From Athalassotoga saccharophila (lineage in GTDB: Bacteria > Thermotogota > Thermotogae > Mesoaciditogales > Mesoaciditogaceae): a DNA stretch of 24,000 nucleotides. The translations under genes were made by a program, and so were the position numbers. The notes beneath the pieces were generated by a model that was not told the DNA's origin, searched no databases, and saw nothing but the letters and a program-made list of their open reading frames with translations. Where the stretch lies: positions 930,708 to 954,707 of the forward strand of contig NZ_AP019551.1 of assembly GCF_009936215.1 (NCBI RefSeq). The letters run 5' to 3'. This document shows positions 19,990 to 24,000 of this stretch, in pieces (the first letter of the stretch is position 1; every line of letters begins with the position of its first letter).

Positions 19990-20018
19990 AAAATGAAGGG
20001 CACCTTAGAGTGCCCCTC
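19990..20018 (-). terminator. Rho-independent terminator-like hairpin after ppdK
   Basis: The minus strand after the ppdK TGA reads AAAG GAGGGGCAC TCTAAG GTGCCCTTC ATTTTC. The stem is 9 bp (20010-20018 with 19995-20003), the loop 6 nt, followed by a U4 tract (19990-19993). One stem position is G.U on the minus transcript but an A/C mismatch on the plus strand, which favours the minus orientation. The U-tract is short. Confidence 0.55.
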
Positions 20019-20022
20019 CTTT

Positions 20023-22701
20023 TCATTTCTTATTCTTCTTTGACCTTTTTTCTTTCAATTCTATCGTCGACTGGGCCGCTGCGAGTCTCGCAATTGGTAC
20101 CCTGTAAGGAGAACAACTCACGTAATCGATTCCTATTTCATCAACTATCTTTATCGAATCGGGATCTCCACCGTGTTCTCCGCATATACCAACCTCGAGA
20201 TGTGGATTGACCTTCTTTCCTTTCTTCGTTCCAATCCTTACGAGTTCGCCCACTCCATCTTTGTCGAGAGTCTTAAACGGATCGACAGGTATTATACCTT
20301 TTTCGAGATAATCGTTGAGGAATTTACCGCTGTCATCACGGCTGTATCCGAAAGTAGTCTGGGTGAGATCATTTGTACCGAAAGAGAAGAACTGGGCCTC
20401 TTTTCCGATCTGATCTGCGGTAACGGCCGCTCTCGGTATTTCAACCATCGTTCCGACAAGGTAGGTGAGTTTAACTCCACTTTGCTTTATCAGTTCATCG
20501 GCAGTTTTAGTTATGATTTCTTTTAAAAATTTCAACTCGTTGACATGACCGACAAGTGGCACCATTATCTCGGGTATGACATTTATCTTTTCTTCCTTTA
20601 TCAATTCAATGGCAGCCTGTATTATGGCCTTGACCTGCATTGTCGGTATTTCTGGATAGGTTATTTCAAGTCTGCATCCTCTATGCCCGAGCATCGGGTT
20701 GAATTCCTTCAAGGCCGCCGCCCTGTCGAGAATCTCTTCGTAACTTAAACCCATATCCTTTGCAAGTTGCTTTAAGGTTTCTTCATCCTGAGGAAGGAAT
20801 TCGTGCAATGGAGGATCTATAAGCCTTATCGTAACAGGTTTTCCATTCATCTCTCTGAATATGGCTTTGAAATCTTCCTTTTGCATTGGCATTATCTTAT
20901 CAAGCGCTTTTTCTCTTTGCTCGCGAGTATTAGAAAAGATCATCTGTCTTACGGCCGGTATTCTATCATTCGCAAAGAACATGCGTTCAGTTCTGCAAAG
21001 TCCTATTCCTTCTGCACCGAATTCTCTTGCAACTCTTGCGTCTGTTGGCGTATTTGCATTTGTCCTTACGCCAAGTCTTCTTACCTGGTCGGCCCATTTG
21101 AGAAGCGTTGCGAGATCGCCTTCGAGACCTTCCGGCTTTATCGTCTTTATCTGACCGAGAAATACCTCTCCGGTTGTTCCATCTATGGAGAGCCAGTCTC
21201 CTTCTTTGACAGTTACGCCGTTAACGGTGAAGAGTTTGTGTTCGTCATCAACGTTTATGGATTCCGCACCGACAACTGCGCACTTTCCCATGCCTCTTGC
21301 AACGACTGCGGCGTGAGATGTTCTTCCACCTCTTGCCGTCAAAATTCCTTCCGCTCCGGCCATCCCCGCGACGTCCTCGGCAGAGGTTTCTGGTCTTACA
21401 AGAATTACAGGCTCTTTCTTTCCAAGAGTGGCAGCCTTATCGGCATCGAATACAACCTTACCTGTGGCAGCACCCGGAGAGGCCGCAAGACCTGTTGTTA
21501 TCATGCGCTTTTCGGCAATTGCCTTTTTCTTTTCATTCGTATCAAACATGGGGTGGAGGAGTTGGTCGACTTGATCTGGTGTAACGCGCATGATGGCTGT
21601 CTTTTTGTCTATCAACTTTTCTTTGACCATGTCAACGGCCACCTTTACGGCCGCACGGGCAGTTCTCTTTGCACTTCTTGTTTGAAGCATGTAAAGTTTT
21701 CCGTGTTCAACGGTAAACTCCACATCCTGCATATCTTTATAGTGCTTTTCAAGAATATCGAATATCCTGTAAAGTTCATCGTAGGCCTCTTTCGAAACCT
21801 TCTTAAGGCCTTCAAGATCTTCAGGAGTTCTTATTCCTGCAACGACATCTTCTCCTTGGGCATTTCTGAGAAATTCTCCGTACCTTCTCTTCTCTCCAGT
21901 GGACGGATCTCTTGTGAAAGCGACTCCTGTCCCGCTGTCATCTCCCATATTTCCAAAGACCATTGAGACGACGCTCACGGCCGTGCCGAGCATCGAACCT
22001 TCGGGTATCTTGTTTATTCTTCTGTACTCGATGGCCCTCTTGTTCATCCACGATCCAAAAACGGCATCTATCGCAATCCACAATTGCTTGTTCGGATCTT
22101 GAGGAAATTCCTTTCCTTCTTTTTTGTACAAATTTTTATATCTTTCTACGAGTTCTTTAAGTTCGCTGACATTCATTTCTGTATCGAGTTTTATTCCTCT
22201 TTTTGCCTTTACGGCCTCTATTTCTTTTTCGAATTTGTTATGATCTATGCCCAGCGCCACATCGCCGAACATCTGTATAAATCTTCTGTAAGAGTCGTAA
22301 GCAAAGCGTTCGTTGGATGTCAACTTCGCAAGGCCAAGGACGGTTTCGTCGTTAAGGCCGAGATTGAGAATCGTGTCCATCATACCGGGCATTGAAACTG
22401 CCGCTCCAGATCTGACAGAGACAAGCAACGGATTCTTCGCATCGCCGAATTTCTTTCCCGTGGCTTTTTCAAGCCTTCTCATATTCTCCTCAACTTCCGC
22501 TTTCAATTCGGGAGGATATGTCTTTGAATGTTTGTAATAATAATCGCATATCTCGGCACTTATCGTAAAGCCGGGAGGAACTGATATGCCTATCTTAACC
22601 ATTTCTGCAAGGTTAGCGCCCTTTCCACCGAGGATGTCTTTCATTTCGGCGCCACCTTCGGCTACACCATTTCCAAAGAAATAAACGTATTTTTTAGCCA
22701 T
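20023..22701 (-). CDS. ppdK: Pyruvate, phosphate dikinase
   Basis: About 892 aa. It has an ATP-grasp N-domain, the phosphohistidine loop TARGGRTSHAAVVARGMG, and a PEP-utilising C-domain with GICGEHGGDP. I prefer the second ATG (22701), 6 nt from GGAGG (22708-22712), over ATG 22704 at 3 nt. Confidence 0.95.
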   Translation of the reverse strand: MAKKYVYFFGNGVAEGGAEMKDILGGKGANLAEMVKIGISVPPGFTISAEICDYYYKHSKTYPPELKAEVEENMRRLEKATGKKFGDAKNPLLVSVRSGAAVSMPGMMDTILNLGLNDETVLGLAKLTSNERFAYDSYRRFIQMFGDVALGIDHNKFEKEIEAVKAKRGIKLDTEMNVSELKELVERYKNLYKKEGKEFPQDPNKQLWIAIDAVFGSWMNKRAIEYRRINKIPEGSMLGTAVSVVSMVFGNMGDDSGTGVAFTRDPSTGEKRRYGEFLRNAQGEDVVAGIRTPEDLEGLKKVSKEAYDELYRIFDILEKHYKDMQDVEFTVEHGKLYMLQTRSAKRTARAAVKVAVDMVKEKLIDKKTAIMRVTPDQVDQLLHPMFDTNEKKKAIAEKRMITTGLAASPGAATGKVVFDADKAATLGKKEPVILVRPETSAEDVAGMAGAEGILTARGGRTSHAAVVARGMGKCAVVGAESINVDDEHKLFTVNGVTVKEGDWLSIDGTTGEVFLGQIKTIKPEGLEGDLATLLKWADQVRRLGVRTNANTPTDARVAREFGAEGIGLCRTERMFFANDRIPAVRQMIFSNTREQREKALDKIMPMQKEDFKAIFREMNGKPVTIRLIDPPLHEFLPQDEETLKQLAKDMGLSYEEILDRAAALKEFNPMLGHRGCRLEITYPEIPTMQVKAIIQAAIELIKEEKINVIPEIMVPLVGHVNELKFLKEIITKTADELIKQSGVKLTYLVGTMVEIPRAAVTADQIGKEAQFFSFGTNDLTQTTFGYSRDDSGKFLNDYLEKGIIPVDPFKTLDKDGVGELVRIGTKKGKKVNPHLEVGICGEHGGDPDSIKIVDEIGIDYVSCSPYRVPIARLAAAQSTIELKEKRSKKNKK

Positions 22702-22719
22702 CATACACCTCCATCGATA

Positions 22720-23082
22720 TCACTGAACATTTACAAGATGTTTTTTCGCTATTTCAACGTACGAATTAAAAGCATCGATATCCTCTACGGCAAGTTGGGC
22801 AAGCATTTTTCTGTTTATGTTTATTCCCGCTAAATCGAGCCCATGCATCATATCGCTGTATTTGAGCCCGGCATTCCTTGCCGCTATATTTATTCTCGTT
22901 ATCCAAAGGGATCTCATCGATCTTTTTTTCTGTTTTCTTCCTATGTAGGCATTGATACCCGCTTTCGTTACGGCCTCTTTTGCATATCTGTAATGTCTGC
23001 GGCGGGCTCCAAGATGACCTTTTACGGCGTTGAGAACTTTGTTGTGTCTCTGCCTCTTTGTAATACCTCTTTTAATACGCAT
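22720..23082 (-). CDS. rplT: 50S ribosomal protein L20
   Basis: 120-aa basic protein: MRIKRGITKRQRHNKVLNAVKGHLGARRRHYRYAKEAV...LAQLAVED. AAGGAGATG lies upstream. It is third in the infC-rpmI-rplT order. Confidence 0.95.
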   Translation of the reverse strand: MRIKRGITKRQRHNKVLNAVKGHLGARRRHYRYAKEAVTKAGINAYIGRKQKKRSMRSLWITRINIAARNAGLKYSDMMHGLDLAGININRKMLAQLAVEDIDAFNSYVEIAKKHLVNVQ

Positions 23083-23096
23083 CTTTCACATCTCCT

Positions 23097-23294
23097 TCAA
23101 ATACCCAACGTTCTTCTTGCTCTTTTTGTATCAGGTTTGGAAAGTACCTTTTTGAGATCAAGCCTTCTTTTTTGAGAGGCAGACTTGTGGTAATTTTTGT
23201 GGTTCCTTTTCGCCGATTCTCTTAGAATCTTACCAGAACCAGTTACATGGAATCTCTTCGCGGCACTCTTTCGAGTTTTCATTTTTGACTTCAT
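23097..23294 (-). CDS. rpmI: 50S ribosomal protein L35
   Basis: 65 aa from ATG 23294: MKSKMKTRKSAAKRFHVTGSGK..., matching the usual L35 length and N-terminus. The track ORF (to 23354) adds 20 codons with no L35 counterpart that I know of. Confidence 0.85.
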   Translation of the reverse strand: MKSKMKTRKSAAKRFHVTGSGKILRESAKRNHKNYHKSASQKRRLDLKKVLSKPDTKRARRTLGI

Positions 23295-23301
23295 AGCATC
23301 C

Positions 23302-23327
23302 GAGCGCAAATGATGCGCCCTTCCTCC
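23302..23327 (-). promoter_or_regulatory. rpmI translation-initiation region: strong SD separated from the ATG by a 7-bp hairpin
   Basis: The minus strand reads GGAGG AA [GGGCGCA TCATT TGCGCTC] GGATGCT ATG. The SD is at 23323-23327 and the hairpin at 23302-20 (6 Watson-Crick pairs plus 1 G.U, 5-nt loop). The linear SD-ATG distance is 28 nt, or about 9 nt if the hairpin is closed. Confidence 0.4.
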
Positions 23328-23350
23328 TTTCAACGTAACTATTTTTGACA

Positions 23351-23908
23351 TCAATTCGCAGGCGTTTCGCCCACATTTTCTTTGGCAGCCGAAGAAACCT
23401 TCTTTGGCCTTAATCCCATTCGCATGTCACGCCCCTCTAACATCGGAGGGGAATCGATCTCTGCCACATCGGAAAGATCTTTTGCGATCCTGTCGAGTAT
23501 TTCCTTTCCCTTATCGGTAAAGGCCATTTCTCTTCCTCGGAACATTATCGTTATTCTGACCTTGTTGCCATTCTCTATGAAATTTCTGACGTGAGAAAGT
23601 TTTGTCTGGTAATCATGTTCGTCTATCTTGGGCCTGAACTTCATCTGTTTCAACACGTCAGAGACATTTCTCGATTTTTTTTGCTTCTTGTTTTGTTCGT
23701 AGATGTACTTACCAAAGTCCATTATTTTGCACACAGGCGGATTGGACGAGGATGAAACAAGTACCAAGTCCATACCATATTCTTCTGCTTTTTGAAGCGC
23801 CTCGTTGCGCTTTACGATTCCAAGTTGGGCACCATCAGGTCCTATTAACCTTACCGTAGGGTAATGTATTTCCTCATTTTTCAAAAACTCGCTCTTTGCT
23901 ATTATCAT
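23351..23908 (-). CDS. infC: Translation initiation factor IF-3 (exact start uncertain: ATG 23908, or ATA 23905/23902)
   Basis: It has the IF-3 N-domain (NEEIHYPTVRLIGPDGAQLGIV...EEYGMDLVLVSSSSNPPVCKIMDFGKY), a K-rich linker and the C-domain (MKFRPKIDEHDYQTKL...FRGREM). The SD GAGGTGAT (23907-23914) overlaps the track GTG and the ATG. Confidence 0.9.
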   Translation of the reverse strand: MIIAKSEFLKNEEIHYPTVRLIGPDGAQLGIVKRNEALQKAEEYGMDLVLVSSSSNPPVCKIMDFGKYIYEQNKKQKKSRNVSDVLKQMKFRPKIDEHDYQTKLSHVRNFIENGNKVRITIMFRGREMAFTDKGKEILDRIAKDLSDVAEIDSPPMLEGRDMRMGLRPKKVSSAAKENVGETPAN

Positions 23909-23922
23909 CACCTCTTAATATG

Positions 23923-23948
23923 AAAATTCGGGTGACACAAGCCACCCG
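23923..23948 (-). promoter_or_regulatory. Hairpin plus short U-tract in the infC 5' leader (terminator/attenuator-like)
   Basis: The minus strand reads CGGGTGG CTTGTG TCACCCG AATTTTCA. The stem pairs 23929-35 with 23942-48 (6 Watson-Crick pairs plus 1 G.U), and the U4 tract is at 23923-23926. It ends about 10 nt upstream of the infC SD. The window ends 52 nt further upstream, so the context is incomplete. Confidence 0.3.
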
Positions 23949-24000
23949 TCATGAAAAGACAGTACTCCAAAACCTCTTCCCTTCTAAGGTGGAGGTGAGA

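Noticed and set aside
19976-20026. The 17-codon N-terminal extension of the ferredoxin ORF (track start 20026).
   Set aside because: It would overlap the ppdK stop and be translated through the terminator hairpin. ATG 19975 has GAGGAGG 5 nt upstream.
20803-21966. A 387-aa plus-strand ORF, the longest uncalled ORF in the track, lying entirely inside ppdK.
   Set aside because: Its codons are exactly aligned antisense to ppdK codons ((20803-20023) is divisible by 3). In that frame antisense stops arise only from sense TTA, CTA or TCA codons, so a long open stretch just reflects ppdK codon usage. The translation is Cys/Ser/Arg/Phe-rich with no recognisable motifs. No SD precedes it, and ppdK on the other strand is unambiguous.
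203-23594. The other plus-strand ORFs of 60-145 aa in the track (for example 1824-2183, 7250-7606, 10915-11352, 12595-12966, 15979-16371, 19029-19394, 22843-23175).
   Set aside because: All lie antisense to well-supported minus-strand genes. They have low-complexity or hydrophobic shadow compositions, lack SD sequences and carry no motifs I recognise.
1-24000. A search for CRISPR repeats, tRNA/rRNA or other structured RNA genes, IS or transposon ends, integrases, toxin-antitoxin pairs, and defence or secondary-metabolite cassettes, meaning any novel system.
   Set aside because: No intergenic space exceeds about 90 nt, and the largest is the cut infC leader. No spaced repeats or inverted terminal repeats were seen by eye. 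Every ORF of meaningful size has a confident housekeeping assignment. A by-eye scan cannot exclude small RNAs antisense to or embedded within genes.

Overview
The window is a tightly packed block of 21 protein genes, all on the minus strand and almost all core housekeeping. In transcription order (high to low coordinate): infC-rpmI-rplT-ppdK | small 2x[4Fe-4S] ferredoxin | M24 Xaa-Pro peptidase-efp-asp23 family-nusB~fhs (one ORF)-folD-xseA-xseB-dxs-asp23 family-yloV/fakA-like-greA-lysS-glmM-uvrA-argS-bamA (partial). The last gene, a 549-codon BamA/Omp85-type ORF running off the window start, is missing from the supplied ORF track; I recovered it by hand translation. I saw no tRNA, rRNA, CRISPR array, transposase, integrase, long repeat or accessory/defence cassette, and I find no evidence for a novel multi-gene system. 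This reads as an ordinary core region. What deserves a second look is local. (1) nusB and formate-THF ligase are fused into one 707-codon ORF, and the fusion depends on a single A in an A7 run; one A fewer restores two genes with an ATGA stop/start overlap. (2) The conserved UvrA N-terminus is encoded upstream of the first canonical start, implying an ATT or CTG start inside the end of glmM. (3) The infC-rpmI-rplT operon has an unusual infC start context, a hairpin plus U-tract in the infC leader, and a hairpin splitting the rpmI Shine-Dalgarno from its ATG. (4) The only clear intrinsic terminator (after ppdK) and an extended -10 promoter (before the peptidase gene) bracket the ferredoxin gene. 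Protein sequences and the order nusB-fhs-folD-xseA-xseB-dxs resemble what I remember of Thermotoga-type genomes; that is recollection, not a search result. Most plus-strand ORFs in the track are antisense shadows of the real genes.
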